Of a stretch of 64,000 nucleotides of DNA, positions 1 through 14,088 are shown one piece after another. The DNA is taken from positions 27,032,001 through 27,096,000 of the forward strand of contig OZ038379.1 of assembly GCA_964036045.1 (NCBI GenBank). Direction: 5' to 3'. The position numbers and the translations under genes are program-made. The first letter of the stretch is position 1, and every line of letters starts with the position of its first letter. The stretch comes from Eutreptiella sp. 'Long Island Sound 2002'. Taxonomy: Eukaryota > Protista > Euglenida. The notes below the pieces were generated by a model. The model made no database searches. It saw only the letters and a list, made by a program, of their open reading frames with translations, and had not been told where the DNA came from.

Positions 1-1244
1 TCCAATCCCAGTGCAAAGTGCCCGTTTAGCAGGAAAGCTTGTGTCTACACATGTCACCACACCCACAGTCCAAGACCTGAGATGAAGTAGGCCTTCTCGT
101 AGTCCTTCCGAAGCCTTTCCAAAGCCTCTGCTGGTGTATGGGCTCTGCCAAGACCAGCAGGCACGGGCGCTGTGGTTGCCACCTCACCTTTCTGGACGGT
201 TGCAGCAGCATTCCCGAACCACTCCGTGGCTTGCCATACCAGCTTACTCAGTGCATTCGCACCTACAGACAACACACAAGGCTTTGTGGTCGACAGTGTT
301 GTAGACCTCACTGCAGGATACAACAGCAAGGCAGCAGGGTGAACCATGAAAGCAAAGAAACCAGTTGAAACATCCAGGTGGCCCATGTGTGTGTGCTGCC
401 TTCGTGCGCAGGGCACTTGTCTGGCACGTGCTTGTGGGGCAACGTGTGGGCCTTGGACCCCGGACCACAGAGTTTGCTCCACTCTACGGCTGGTTGGGCC
501 CTGCGCAAGGGTTTCGCCACCGCACAGTGCACGAGAAAAGCAAACTATCTCGCTCAGGAAGTTTCGTGTCCCAGAGTTACTGCCACAGCACGCACAAATC
601 CGGGCGGCGTCCTGCAGTTGGTCTGATGCACAAAAATTGTCTAGACTTGGCGAGGACTTCACTGCTATGCTCATGCCGCGAAATGCGGCGTGTTGATTGT
701 GAGGCGAATCCTCGGAAGCAATGAGATCTTCCAATACGACGATCCATTTCGCCCCAACAGGTATTTTTGACACACTAACTCTCATATCTGCCAGCTGAGG
801 ATCGGACGCATTGCATTCCATCCCGAAAAGAAGCTTCAGAATACACAGTTTGGTTACATCCCAGGAGCGCCCCATGAAGAACACGCGGCAGTTCGTGGCC
901 TGACTGTTATGCCACAGAGACATACCGCAACCGAATGGCAGCAGGGGTCTGTTGTAAATGGTCAGCCTTTCTGGGGCTCCGTCTCTCTGATCCAGCAGCC
1001 AGACCCATCTCGCCTTATGTTGTGGTGCAACTTGGCACGCAGCTGCGGTTTGTACACCAGTACCACACAATTCTTGGGCCCCCTGTGGGTGTGTGCCCTG
1101 CTGCTGCGGTACACCGGATGAGCAGGGGACAACCGTGAGCCCTCCAGCGGCGGAGGGAGGGCGCAGAGTCCTATGAGCAGGAGTCTCAGCAGAACAACGG
1201 GAGGTCCCCACGTCACACGGCATCGCAAAGCGCCGGACACTTAC

Positions 1245-1478
1245 CTTCGGGCGGCCCACTACTCTTTGGTTCGGAATCGGAGTTGTTGTCATCAGAGGGC
1301 TCATCGGGACCAACAGAGGCCATGCACCACCGTGCGTGGCTGTGGGACTGGGACAACGGCTGCCTCGGTAATGCACTGAGTTCAGAAAACAAGGATGACG
1401 TCGAGGGCAGCAAGGAGCATGACGCAGAGGAGGAGGTCGCTGTGAGCACTGGGGATGTAGACCACGGCAGGTGCTGAG
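1245..1478 (-). CDS. Candidate Ser/Pro-rich then acidic exon, probably a distal exon of the VWA/mucin-like gene
   Basis: The frame reads ...TATSSSASCSLLPSTSSLFSE...GPDEPSDDNNSDSEPKSSGPPE and ends at a perfect GAAG|GTAAGT donor (intron starts 1244, phase 1). Composition mirrors the linker of VWA exon 2. The 5' boundary is uncertain. Confidence 0.4.
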
Positions 1479-4400
1479 TGTAGTGCTACGTCCCTCTGAC
1501 CCCATGCAGCGTGAGTTGGTGGTTCCGAAAAATGGAGTTGTTGCTTTTGGGGGGGGGGGGGGCGAGCCAGGGGTCTCGTGGGGTGCTGCAGTGATCCCCC
1601 TCGTTTCGGGGGTGTGCCATAAATCTGCTCTTATCAGCCCCCCCCCCCCATGCCCCCGATCGCCGAATCCGCTGAATCCCCTGTGGCAGCTGGCACCGCC
1701 GGCCCGCCTTACCCCTGCCCTACCCCCGATGTCGATCAGGGGGGGGGGAGGGGGCAAACCCTGCTTGCACCAGCGTGCCTTGGCACGCGTGGCGACGTGC
1801 GCTGCCCCCTGTCCACCGCCCAAGGCTCATCCCGCCTCGTGCCTCTCATGATGGAGGAACAGCAGTGGCGTACTCCCCTTCCCCTGCACTGGCCCATGCA
1901 TGACCGGCTATCGATTTAAGGAGGGAGTCCCTAAGCGGGTCAAACATTGAATGGTGTGGAGACAATGTGAATGCGTGGAGAGGATGTGTGCGCGGGTGTG
2001 TGTGGCGAGGATGTGCCTGTTTGGAGAGGGTGCGCGTGTGTTGGGCGTGTGTGTGGAGAGGATATCTTTTGTGTGGCATGCACCCAGAAGGTGAATGCCG
2101 AGTGGATCCCTATTGTCGAATGCCCATGTAGAAACAGGACTGGGGGATTCAAAGCATTCAAAGCAATGGCTTCACTGATTTTTTGATGAATGGCCCCGGA
2201 AAGCATTTTCCTTAAGACAGGGGGGGGGGGGGGGGTACTACCCGATTCACCCAATCATGACCGAAAGCATGCACATTGTAGTGTGGTATGATACAACACA
2301 GCAAAACACAACGTTAACTCATGTTACACATGATGTCGAACCGTGTCGAATCTTGTTAATGGGTGGGGGGGAGGGATGGAGGTGTTTGCAGGGGAGTTGT
2401 ATGAAGGTGGTTTCTTCCGTACTGACATTGTGTGCTACCATTCAGCAGATGTGCCATGATTGCGCACATTATCGGCATGTTGTTGATGAAAGGAGACAAT
2501 ATTAAGGATTGGGGGTAAAAGCCGCCTTCACCAAAAGGTTGCAATCACAACGTTCACCTGTGCACATAGGGATTGCAGTCTTAAGCCAGGAGACACTATC
2601 TGCTACAAAGCAGACGTGGTCTACAACTGTCGACACTGGGCATTTCTTCAGATGGGTTTCTTTTGGGGGGGATGATGAGCGGAGCACCGGATTGTGTAAG
2701 AGGTGTGCAGCGCCAATTGTAGGTGGGCGCCAGGGCGGATGGAATGGGGTCATTGGGTGTCATTTGGTGGGAGATGTTGGGGGTACGTCGGGTATTGTGT
2801 GTGCAGCTTAGCAATATCTCACAGTGCGATCCTGCACCCATCCTCACCCTCGAATCATCGCTGTCAGGCGAACTCTTATGGGCTTGCAGATGTAGCCAGT
2901 ACCTGCCGTTTCAACAACGATCTTGAGCCTTCCAAACTGTGCCAAAGAACCCCCCCCCCCCTTTTCCCATCCTTTGACTTGTTGCACCCTCTCCCTCAGC
3001 CATCGGCCATCAAATCCAAATCCAAATACCCATAACCGCCCCCGGCATGTTTGTGAGAATGCTTCACCCACAAAACCCCTTCATGTACACCAAGCCTGAG
3101 ACCCGTGCCTGCAAAGCGGGCAGCCCATTTGCTGTGTAATGAAGCGGCGAAAAGACAACACAAGTGAACCAATCCAGATATTTGCACGCGCAATTTTCTT
3201 CACCTTATGGTTCAGCGTCCCCTTCCCCTCCGCCTTCTCTCTTTCTGTCTCTGTCACACACACTCTCTCTGCACCCTGCGCAACCTTACCCTGAGCATTG
3301 CAGGAGCAAAGGCACGAGAACTGAAGAACGGATGAAAATTGAGGCTACACACAAACCTGAGGCTCCCACGACTGGCTGCAAAAGATCGCCACAGTGCATA
3401 CCCGAGCACTGCGAGAGCACATACGCTCCAGCCCAGAGCAGCTTCCTGAAGCAACAGAGACATGTGCCATGTGTGGAATCACAAACATACAAACATACAT
3501 ACAGCCCAGCCAATGAGACTGGGTCTGTGAAAGGTTGGCCCCCTTAAACAAAGCCGTCTATCAGAAGGCTGTGGGGCCGGCTCATTTGCAAGTACCAACC
3601 CAGTCCTCAGGAAGTGCGGCTAGACCCAGCCTTCTGTTTGTGCATGCACATGCATGCGTTTGTCCCAATGTCCCAGTGCCGCTCCCCTATGCTCGGACTC
3701 CAGGCACCGCACGTGCAGCTCGCATGCACCACACGCACCTTTTGGGACTATTTCACCACGCATTTCACACCCACATCATCCCAGGCTTGCAAACGCACAC
3801 AACATGCAAAAGCAGCTCACTTTGGCATTGAAATGTCACAGTGCATAAAACCACACGCGCGGTAATGGTGCTGCTGTGTGCTGCTGTTCTCTGTGCGGTG
3901 GGACCCAGACCCTGAACCTGACCTCAAACCCTATTGTAGCGCACCAGGGCAGCATAGTGATGGCCTGATCAAGCGGGATTTCAAAGACAATCGAAAGCCT
4001 GCCAGGTTTCAGCAACAAAACAGTCCCAGGCGGGGGAACGATCAGAAAAAGGACCAAAAAAGGAAAACCCCAGACATCACCCACCTCCCCAACAATCCGA
4101 GTCGAAACCGGATCGAGCTTGTGACCAATACTTGACAATGGCCTAAATATTGTCAAAGCTGATTCGGCGACAGCCATTGTTGCCTTCTGGCCAGGTGTTT
4201 GCTTCAGCTGTAGCTGCTGTGTGCTAGTTTTGTGGTGGCCCTCCTGCAAGCAAAGGCGATGGCCATGTCCCTGAGTAGGTCAAAGATATGGAGCAACCTA
4301 AAGTGCCCAAAGCCTTGACAGGCTGCATGTCTGCCCTTAAGGATTACAAATAGTAGGCATCCCATTGGAGGCAAGCAACTTGGCACCAAGTATTGGCAAC

Positions 4401-5742
4401 CATAGCCAGTTGCAGGCACTTCATGGCACACATTTTATCCATGCAAAGCAGCACAACACGTATGGATTGCAAGCAAACAAGCAAAAGCAACAAGCACAAT
4501 GTGGCCCTCCATTTCTCAGCCCAACATCTGCACTATGCGTTCATGGAAATGCTCCTCATACGTATGCTGCTGGGTGCTGGGAAAGCAAGCCGTGCCAGCA
4601 GACTTTGATTTGCCCTCCAAAAGAACCTCATGCCTCTATCTTCGTCTGAGTTGTTAGCAGAAGCCTGGTGGGCCACGGCGGGTTCCTGCTGCGATGGAAA
4701 GTGGTAGCTTCCGATTATTCCACTGGCCTATTATTCCACTGGCGTCATCTTCCTGTTCTTCAGAGTGACCAATGTGTTGCACCAGACCTATAAACCTGAT
4801 CCCGCTGCTATACCTAGAGCTCCTCGAACAAACGGCAGTGAGAAGTTGGCCATTGTGTTCTGTCGTGTCATTCTATCCCTTCTTGTCAAATAAGGGGCAG
4901 GGGCAGGGCTCAGGGCCTCATCTGTAACACCCCAGTTTTTTTAGGGTCCTTAAAGCTTGATGCTTTAAGTTTGCCTGTTTGCAAACACCTCAACCATGGG
5001 TGGTTTTGGGGGGAATTCAAGACCGAAGATAGTGCAAGTGAAGTAAATTGTTAGAGCTTGCTGTGTAAATTATTCAAACCAGGTCTTGGCAGTCTTATGA
5101 CGTCAATGGAACAAATGTGTTGACGTTAAAACCCGTAACAATTGTTCCACCAAGTGTCCGCTGTGCTTACACAGAGCAGTGCAAAAGTTCGTTTGTTGAC
5201 ATTGAAAGAGTTGCGGCCATGTCTTGATGGCAGATGATGCGGTCTGTGCCACAACACCAACAAGATGTCAGTTACCTATATGTTTGTAGTGTCCTCGTGG
5301 CCAATTGTATTACTTCCATCCAGAGATACGTTGAAATAATAGCGACATCGAGGAAATTCAATTTGAACATGAGTACTTGCCTCCACACTACCAGAAGACT
5401 ACTGCTCATGCATGAGACTCATCACATACTGTGCAGATAGGTTATTGCATCTTGTGGTGCAAAACAAATAGGCGAAACAGAAGAAATGAAAAAGATTTTG
5501 CATTTGCTCAGGGCTACAGCCAGGAGTCGATGTAGGTTGCCCGCATGCCCCACCATTGGCGTTGAAGCCGGTACGCATCTTCTATGGTCTGCGACAGCCC
5601 GGAAAAACCTTTGTGTACTGGCATTTGGCCGCAGTATTATTCCTGTGAGCTATTCATGAATTCTGCTGCCTTACCTAATTTCTGTCATTGACATAGGGCT
5701 GGCAGGTTGGCTGGCAGTGATACTGCACCACCGTCCTCTCAT

Positions 5743-6387
5743 TCACCGGTTGATTCCTGCTCCCATTCGAGGCACACTTGCTGCAGCACGTGGTGGCTGG
5801 CCCAAAGGTATGGCGGGGCCTAAGACGCAGGGTGTTGTGCTATTGAGGAGGGTGAGTGTCTCCTGCTGGTTTGTTGTGTTACACACACGTGTATCGACCG
5901 ACGATGGGAATAGGGGGTGGGGAAATGGCCAATGCACAGGACCTCACAGCCTGTGGGCACTTGATGATACAAAATTAGAGGGGAAGCCGCACACCACTGT
6001 GGCGGCTCCCATCTGGAAGACGCCTGCAGAATGCCACTTCATCATTGCACCATCAGCAAAACTTGCAACAGCTTGTGGCACGGGATTAGATGGCCTTGTG
6101 TCCAGAACAGCCCTGAGTGGCTGAAATGTAGGCCTGACTTGACTGTGACGCAATAGTGGTGCTGTGGGTTGCGCAGTTGCAAGGACTGGGCGGGCCGACC
6201 CCGAGATATGGAGAGCAGATGTGTCCGAAGTGGAGATCAGCACCAGTGTGGAGACGCTGAGTGTAAGGACACTGGCAATGGTGATGGGGAAGCGGCTGCA
6301 CTGCACTGTCGGGGTGATGGCAGCATGGCAGTAGGCAGGCTCTGCTGTGGTGAGTGGGAAGCGGTCTTGCGCAGTGCAATAAAGCAT
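5743..6387 (-). CDS. Candidate Ser/Thr-rich extracellular coding segment (exon(s) or pseudo-exon)
   Basis: ORFs 5944-6387 and 5743-5937 are in the same frame, separated by one TGA that overlaps a GTGAG donor-like site. N-glycosylation sequons are present (CNTT, LNST). No recognisable domain. Confidence 0.25.
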
Positions 6388-9300
6388 GGCTCACATGTGA
6401 AAGCGCCCTGAACAGTGCGAATGATTCCGAGAGGCACGTGATAGACGGGTTGGAGGGACGCAATGATTGCTTACCCAAGCCGGTATATCTTTGCACTTGG
6501 AAAATAACGAGGCCCCTTCTCTTTGGTTTCAGTGCACATGAAGCAATTTTCTACTGCACTTCTACATTGCATTTTCTGCCCACCTCCGATGCGTGCCACT
6601 TTTGCAGCAATCGCACCTAGAATGCCCCAATTATCCCCCCCCCCCCTGGCCCCTCAAGAGAGCAAACCCATGAGCCGCCACACTTGTGTACACACCCCTC
6701 CTTCCGACTAACATTTCACAATCAAGAGGCAATACAAACAACTAATCAACGTGTGGGTGTTCAAACAATTGGAACAATGCTATAGGCGACAAACATTGCA
6801 CTCAGAAAGTGGGTCTTTCTTCCTGCAACAGAAAGCACACACAGCACCATCATTGCCTTCAGGTCCCCAATGTGGGGATGAAATCATAGTGGCTACCTTT
6901 GGTGCCCGTAATGTGTTGGGCGCCTTTGGCTTCCGTGGACTCCTGAGGCTAGTAACTTTGATAACTAACTATTGGCCGAGGGCCCCCTTGGAGGGGGGGG
7001 GGGAATCTGCCGTCTTGGACTTGGAGACTCTGCGTTCTTGGACCTGTGGAGCCCCCTCCCCACCCTATTTCCTACCCTTGTGCATTTCTCTTGCACTATG
7101 GATTTTTTGTACCCTTGTGGATTTTTCCCATCCTCCTTCTTGTGTTCACCTGACCCTGCTAGTGTAGGGAAGTACAGCTCGTCCGGCCTAGCAACTGGCT
7201 GGACTATGGGTGCTTGGTCAGGCTAAACCTCGGTGCCGTGCATGCAGCATCACGTGCTCCCCCTCTAATTGACTGTTACCAACAACACAGTGCAGTTGCT
7301 CATAATTGTTCAATGGGGGACTGTGGAATTTCCTCCGATCTGTCAAAAATCAAGCCAAATTTGGGGCTTTTTTTCAATCGCCAATTGAACTATTGTTGAC
7401 CATGTTCCATAGATACCATATGGATTGTGTGTCTTGGTGGTCAATGAATACCCTAACCTTATCCAAACAGGAATGCTAAATCATATATTCATCCCCCCCC
7501 TTTGCCTAAGCAATGGCGAAAGCCCAACTTGACGAAAATATCCCCTCACACTGTTTGTACACATGTGTCTGCGTGCTATGGCGCGCACGTCCACATGTGA
7601 TTCTGATAGTGGTGGTGGTGGAGCAATACATGCTATGGATGCCATCATACCCAAATCACATTCCTTACACAATTGTTAGCCATCTCGCACTCAACTTCCT
7701 AGGCCGTCGCTTTTTTGCTTCGTCGCCACTGTGTTATGGCAACTCTTGCGCCTTGTATCTGTACTTGGATCCCAATGGGACTTCTCCTTGCCGACCGCTG
7801 TAGCCCCCCCCCCCCCGCCCCCCACACCCCCCCACCCAAGCCGGGTGAAGTTAAGACCACACGTCTGTTTGTGCACACATTGAGCTGCAAAGCACTCCGC
7901 CGTGGCAGCGCGTCTGCACTCCGCAGTGCAGGTTGTGGCCATGTAGATCATCAGTGTAATGGTGCCACCACCTGCCACCTGGGAGAAGCAGGAACAGTGG
8001 GCCAACATGGCTTAGTGGCGAGAAGTCAATTGACGCTACCAAGTTCCAAGAGAGCAGCAATATTTCAGGGCTTTGTCCCAATCCCCCAACCACACCCCCA
8101 ACATCCCCGAGTCATTTGTTTGAACGCTGAAAACCTGATAATTCTCACTGTTTTCAAATCCCGTTGCAAGGGGCAGCCGTGGGATGGAATAGAGGGGTGG
8201 ACGAAAAGGGTGCGTGCTCAGCGCGTGCCTAGTGCGCCCCGTTTTTCCAAATGCCCCAGCCTTCAACACCCAAAAGTGTCAAAAAAAAATGGCGGCCCAA
8301 TCACCCAATAGACCCATGGGTCGTCTTAAAGGAGGACCATTAGCCCCCAGTCAATCAGGACAAACAGCCACTCATGCTTACTCCATGATGCTGCTATCCT
8401 CTCTTTGACGTCTACGTACGCCAGTTTTGTCTAGACTGCCAAACATGAGCATAGACTACACCACTCAAAGGGAAATGCGCTGCAGTCGGTGCCTTGGGGT
8501 CGATCGGTATGACATTCACGAAGAGACATTGTCTAGAACCCCTCAGTGCAGCACAGCTCAGGCACAAGGTAAGTGGGCAGGATCGGAAGGTGATGGAAAA
8601 TTGCCCAATATGCTTGCGGCATTGCGGCGGTGTACCCACTGAGTCATCAATCTGTAACAACAAACGTACTCTAGCACCCACAGAGCTCTCGAAAAAGCCA
8701 CTTGACAGTGTTTTGCAGCTGTCTGCAGCTGCCTGTCTCAGAACTCGGCCCACCCTTGCCACTGGACACCACCATTCTAGGCTGCTTGGGCCCCTGGACT
8801 GTTTGCGTGTCATCTTTCGGCAGGAAAATGGGAATCCCCTGTTTTGAGGCTGTCAAATTCAAAAAACCCAGCAGCTTGGGATTCAGTGTTTGTACTATGT
8901 ATGCGCACCGTGCTCTTGTAGAGGCCGTCCCAGAGACCCCACAGCAAGGCAAGAAGAAACAGACTTCCGAGCAGCGAAATCATTCAAAAAGACAGGAAAA
9001 TTGCGATGGGCTTCTGACAGTGAAGAACGATTAGGCCGTGCGCAGGGAATGGGGCCTGAGGTGGCATGCCACTGACGTTTGCAGCGCTGATGTGCACACT
9101 TTCAAAAACCGCCAGCTTTTGATGCATTCCGCATTGTCCTTTTGATTTCCGCAACCCCCCCCCCCCAAAAAAAGGCATCCTTGATGGATTGTGCGATTCC
9201 ACACCTTGCCACACTAAACACGGCAGAAAATGAAACACAAGAAGCATGGGAAACTCAGAAATTGTGATGTGCGCACTTCAGGTTGCCTGCTTAGGCCATG

Positions 9301-9864
9301 GCACCGCAGCTGTAGGGTGAGCAGTCAGAGCATGGGGGCACGGATGACACCCACAGCGGGATGGGGTCAAGCCGAAGGAGGATCCTCCCCTCCATAATCC
9401 AAACGGAAGAGGGTGGCATGCAACGAGAGAGCACACTTCCAGTGCATGCACAGCAGGCAATCAGGGCTGTGCAGCACTGCACACACGGATATGCACAGAC
9501 ATGTGAGAATGCACATATGCCGAAGCCACACACAATTCGTGCGTGCATGTGTGTGCACGTGCCATGGTGTATGAGTGTGCACATGCATACACAACGATGG
9601 GTAGTGCATGAGTGTCAGTGTGTGTATTTGTGCGTGCCTTTCAGTCTTGTGGTTCACTGCGTACGCTTGCGTGCACATGCGCAACTTTGATGGGGGCAAC
9701 AACCTTGGTTTCCGTGAAAGCTTACTGGCTGCTGCTTGTTTGCATGGTGTGCGCACGCACGCACGCACGCATGCACACGTACGCATACACACACATACAC
9801 TGGAAATATCCTTCCTCAAGGATGGAGAGGATTTCAGTGTGCAAGCACAACAATTCCCAGTGAC

Positions 9865-9960
9865 CTGGGGGCGCATCTCTCAACATCGGAAGCCTCTGTG
9901 GGGCGTATGGCTGTTACAATGCCCTCAGCTCTACATACTTCGGTCTGGTCTGAGGAAGCA
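9865..9960 (-). CDS. Candidate exon 4 of the VWA/mucin-like gene
   Basis: Acceptor TTTTTGTTCAG|; reads ASSDQTEVCRAEGIVTAIRPTEASDVERCAP; phase 2-2, compatible with the preceding candidate exon. The donor (GTCACT) is weak. Confidence 0.3.
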
Positions 9961-10201
9961 CTGAACAAAAATATGAGGGATACACGAGCCGCAGGCATCC
10001 GAGAAAGTGCACATTCGGGTGCAATGGGCCTATTCCTAACATGAAGAAAGGAGGGAAGTGGAAGGGAGCAAGGCTGACGCAGGGTCAAAGATGAGCGCAA
10101 CGCCAGGAGTCCCGGCCGACAGGGCACCAAATGTCGCTGCAAACGAACTATGGGGCCAGCGTGGCCGGTCCTCTGCAAAGCGCGTGGTGTGGGAGGACTA
10201 C

Positions 10202-10355
10202 TTTGGCGCCAAGTCAGCATGGCAAGCATCCTCTACCCACTGTTCATCGTGACCTGGGCAGTAGACCCCACCACATTCCCAGTGGCAATATTTGTCCAAC
10301 AGGAACGCCTCGTTTGGGCAGTCCAAATGGACGATTTTCGCCGGCCTCTCGCAAT
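10202..10355 (-). CDS. Candidate exon 3 (Cys-rich) of the VWA/mucin-like gene
   Basis: Acceptor TTCATCGTTTCAG| in phase 1 matches the exon 2 donor. Reads DCERPAKIVHLDCPNEAFLLDKYCHWECGGVYCPGHDEQWVEDACHADLAP. The donor AA|GTAGTC avoids an in-frame TAG. Confidence 0.45.
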
Positions 10356-12012
10356 CTGAAACGATGAAGCAGGATGGAAGAGCAGAGCAGTACCACAGAC
10401 ATGCCGAGGACAAGGGACACTTCAACAAAAAGCAACACTGTCACAAGACAAGGCCTGAAGGCACAGCGTCCATCCAAGTCAATGGACAGGCGAAACGACC
10501 GCGGTCAGCGAGCGGACAATACCGCTTGACACTTGACCGAGCATTGGCTGCAATGGCCAGCGGTTGGCCAGCGAACTGCCTGGTGATGAGGGGCTGCGGG
10601 CGACTACTTCACATGGCGAACTTGGTTTTTGTGTTATACAACGACCCTGATTCCCATTTCACACGTGAGCGGCACACAAATGATGCTCGCAGCCATCTCT
10701 CTGTCCGATGATGATGTGGCTGTGGCTTTGTGCTGTTATGGCGCAACATCTCCTTGCATTGTCTCAAGACGATCCAGTCTCCCATGGCAGAAGTCTGATG
10801 TGTCAGGAGGCCATGGGGTTCAGAGCAGCAAAGGCCCTTGGTACACACTAGAACACCCAATTATTGGTGTTCTAGCCTAGATTGACTAGGACAGCTAGAA
10901 CGAAAAAGACGATTGTTATCCCGACCCACGTGGGCTGGGGGTCGGTGGTACCAATAATGGAACATGGACCTCAGGAACCATACTAGGGGTCCCAGGTCCA
11001 GTTTTCGAGTTTTTGAATTTTTTGACCCACGTTTCAACCCAAAAAACTTTTGTTCTAGTTTCGTTCCAGCATTGTTCCAGCGAACGGGGGGGGGGGTCCT
11101 CACCCAACCCTGGGGGCTTGGCTATCCCCACAGGATGACATGGCAGGCGCCCCATTATGGGCGTGGGGCACAATGCAAAACCAAATCCAGTGTTTCAACC
11201 CCCAAACCCACAAACCCATACAGACAAACAGGAAAGAGCACACACTGACACACCATACCTATAGCCTTTTTAGTTGAATTGGAGCATGGTCTCCACTGAA
11301 AATCCTGCTCATCTTAAAACGGTTGGGACACGCACCGGATATACATGGCACACTCCGACCATAAGACATGAGCAGACCCCATTTTGTGCCCTACACTCAG
11401 CAATTGCACAAGTGGTGTGCGACATCTGTTTGGTTTGGATGCAACATTCGTACTTCCTCCGGTGCTACAATGGCCTTTTATTGCAGACATCCATGAAGCA
11501 ATCAATCTTCCTGAGCGGCTGTGTGTGGCGGTTCCCTTGCACCTCCTAGGGAACCTACCCCAAGTCATGGTTGCCTCGCCCCCCCCGATTACTAGACAAG
11601 GGACGTGCGACACAAAACAAGAGAGCAAACACGAGGGCACGTGGGCCACAAAGTGACCTGGAAACTGTCTGCAGGGATGCATGTCAGGTCTACTGAGCGA
11701 CAGGCTCGGTGTGCCACTTTTTTCTGACGCGAGTATTTCACCTTAAAGAGCTGCACATGCTCAACAGGGGCCATAGGAATGGGCTCTCCAGTCTGAACGT
11801 TGGAAATTGACAACAGCACCAGAAGAGTACGTCACGCGGTGCAGCACAGTGCCATGCGCGGTGCGCACGGTGCAGGAGCACTCCATTGCTGGAGGCGTAT
11901 GCTTTGCCATATGCACAGGTGCCTGGCTTTTTTTGAGAGTGCCTGATATCCCAATTTCCTTCTACGGTGTCCACAGGGGGAACACAAACATCACTCCAAT
12001 CCAGAGACATAC

Positions 12013-12576
12013 CGACACTTGGACTGGGCTCAGAGGGCAGCAAGTCGGTTAGAGGACTGGGTCCAGGTTCCGACTGGGAATCGGACATTGCATCGCAGTC
12101 CCCACTCGCTGACCCATCCGCAGCACTTTCCCCATCCGCTTCTTGGTCTTCCTCTGATTGCTCTGCGTCGGGGGCCTCTGCACATTCTGATGCAGCAGGG
12201 GACGACGGGGACTGTGACATGGCTGGAGACGTGGACGGGGCTGGAGATTGTGTTGACGTTGGGGACAAGGGTGGCGCGGCTGGGGATGTGAGCGGAAACG
12301 GAGATGGCGAAGGGGATGAAGGTGCGGGAGTGGATGGCGAAGGGGACGTCACGTCAGCGGGAATGTGCACGGGGCACCCGGAGGCTGCAATGCCGCGTGC
12401 AAATCCTTCCAGCTCCCGCGCATCCACCTTCCTCCAGCCATCCTCTGTTCCAGCAATGGCCTTTAGCTCCAGAGGATCAGCATTGTGATATCCAATGGCG
12501 AGGATCTCAATGCCTGCGCGCTCTGCCATGAACGCAGAGTAGTAAGGGGGAGCGCTGGCCGGCGCACATGTGACCA
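12013..12576 (-). CDS. Exon 2 of secreted VWA-domain protein: C-terminal half of VWA plus Ser/Pro-rich mucin-like and acidic linker
   Basis: Acceptor CTCTCTGCAG| and donor G|GTATGT, phase 1-1. AERAGIEILAIGYHNADPLELKAIAG matches the VWA pattern (G-I-x-I-F-A-I-G...A-D-x-x-E-L-x-x-I-A). It splices in frame to exon 1, giving RARMIE-VVTC. Confidence 0.8.
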
Positions 12577-13384
12577 CTGCAGAGAGGCAAGCTGTGCAGT
12601 CCAATCAGCGATAGACTCCTACAGTCGGTGAGGGCACCTGCACTGCATGTGTACCATGAGCACACCTTTTAGGCCACTATACTGGGAAACAGCGCGAGTT
12701 TCCCATGCATGAATAAAGCTCCTGCTCCGAGAATTCTGCTCCGAGGATTGCATCACTGGTCGTAGGCAGTTCATCCCAATGTGCACATTCAACTCCTCCC
12801 GGGGCACAGACACTGAAAAGGGGTTCCAACAGGTCCCCTGGAAGACACAATCTCTGCCCAAAACCAGTGAAACCAATGGTTGCCGGGGGTCCACCATGCT
12901 TTGTTTCCTGCAACGTGTACGGTGCCCCCCCCCCCCCCCAAGCATCCTGCCACCCCCTCGGCCCAGGGTTGGGGGCTCCAGAGAACTATTTCGCCAATCC
13001 CTCCTTGGGCTGGCAGATTGGTCCTACTTGGGGTAGGCGTCATCATGGGGGTATATGCTTCGGTTTGTGGATTGCGCAGGGCGACTATTCACGGTCTGGC
13101 TTTCTGCCTCCTCCCGCTTGTGGTATCCCCGATGGCTGATGGGGGGGGGGGGGCTTAAAACTGTTTGAGCCCCTTTTGAGGGACCGCCCCTGGGGGCTCA
13201 GATGTCTGGAGTCAAAAAGAGGGTATGGTTTGGAACCAACCACTCTTTTTGGTCGCAAGCAAATTTAAGGCCATCCCTCCACTCTCCCGTCAAAAGTGCA
13301 TCTTTTCGGACAAAAATTTTCAGGATAGTGCCACCATGGCATCCAGTTGGCGTTGCGAATTCAGGTGTAAATGCCACTCACATT

Positions 13385-13385
<1 letters not shown>

Positions 13386-13450
<65 letters not shown>

Positions 13451-13517
13451 GTGCGAACAGAGCTGTAGAAGTGGTGTATCATAGCGAACGCTATTGAGTT
13501 GTTTCAAGGATTGGGCG

Positions 13518-13548
<31 letters not shown>
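13386..13548. repeat. (CA)n microsatellites (two tracts)
   Basis: An uninterrupted CA run at ~13386-13446 and a second at ~13519-13548. Confidence 0.95.
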
Positions 13549-13553
<5 letters not shown>

Positions 13554-14004
13554 ATAGGTCTCTCACTGTCCATCATTTGGACCTGTGCCACAGCTGCAAA
13601 TAGAAACAAACCACACAGCACATAGGACACCCACATACATACACAAACACACAGTTCAGAAGCACACTTGCACGCTTGCAACATGGCGTTTGTCATCCTT
13701 TCAATGCTCAAGTACCCCCCCCCCCCGCCGCCGCCGCCATTGTGTCTTTGCCCTTGATGACTTAATGGAGTGCTTGTCTATTTGCGTGCGCGCGCGTGTA
13801 TGTGTGTGCACGTGCATTCATATGCCGACGGGTATACAAAAGTGCTTTGCCATGCTGTGTGGTGTCTGTACAATGTGCTGAGTGGTGTGTTGTGCTGTTC
13901 CATGGTGTGATATGGTGTGTAGAGTGTGTGTGTGGGGGGGGGGGGGGTGTACACATGGGGCCATTCCAAGCATCCTCGGTAGATTGTGCACTTTTAATGT
14001 TTTT

Positions 14005-14088
14005 GTTCTAGTTTTGTTCTAGGTTAGACGTTTGCTGATTTAGTAGCTAAACAATAGTAGAATGTCTAGCCTAGAACAAAACTAGAAC
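14005..14088. repeat. CTAG-rich inverted repeat (25-bp arms, 34-nt loop)
   Basis: GTTCTAGTTTTGTTCTAGGTTAGAC (14005-14029) pairs with GTCTAGCCTAGAACAAAACTAGAAC (14064-14088) with one mismatch. Confidence 0.9.

Noticed and set aside
6774-6795. Partial match to the euglenid spliced leader (ACTTTCTGAGTG on the minus strand)
   Set aside because: Only 12 nt match from memory of the leader, it diverges immediately, and no ORF follows.
11738-12012. ORF continuation of VWA exon 2 to 11738
   Set aside because: A consensus G|GTATGT donor at 12012 and a phase-matched downstream acceptor suggest this is intron read-through, though this is not excluded without cDNA.
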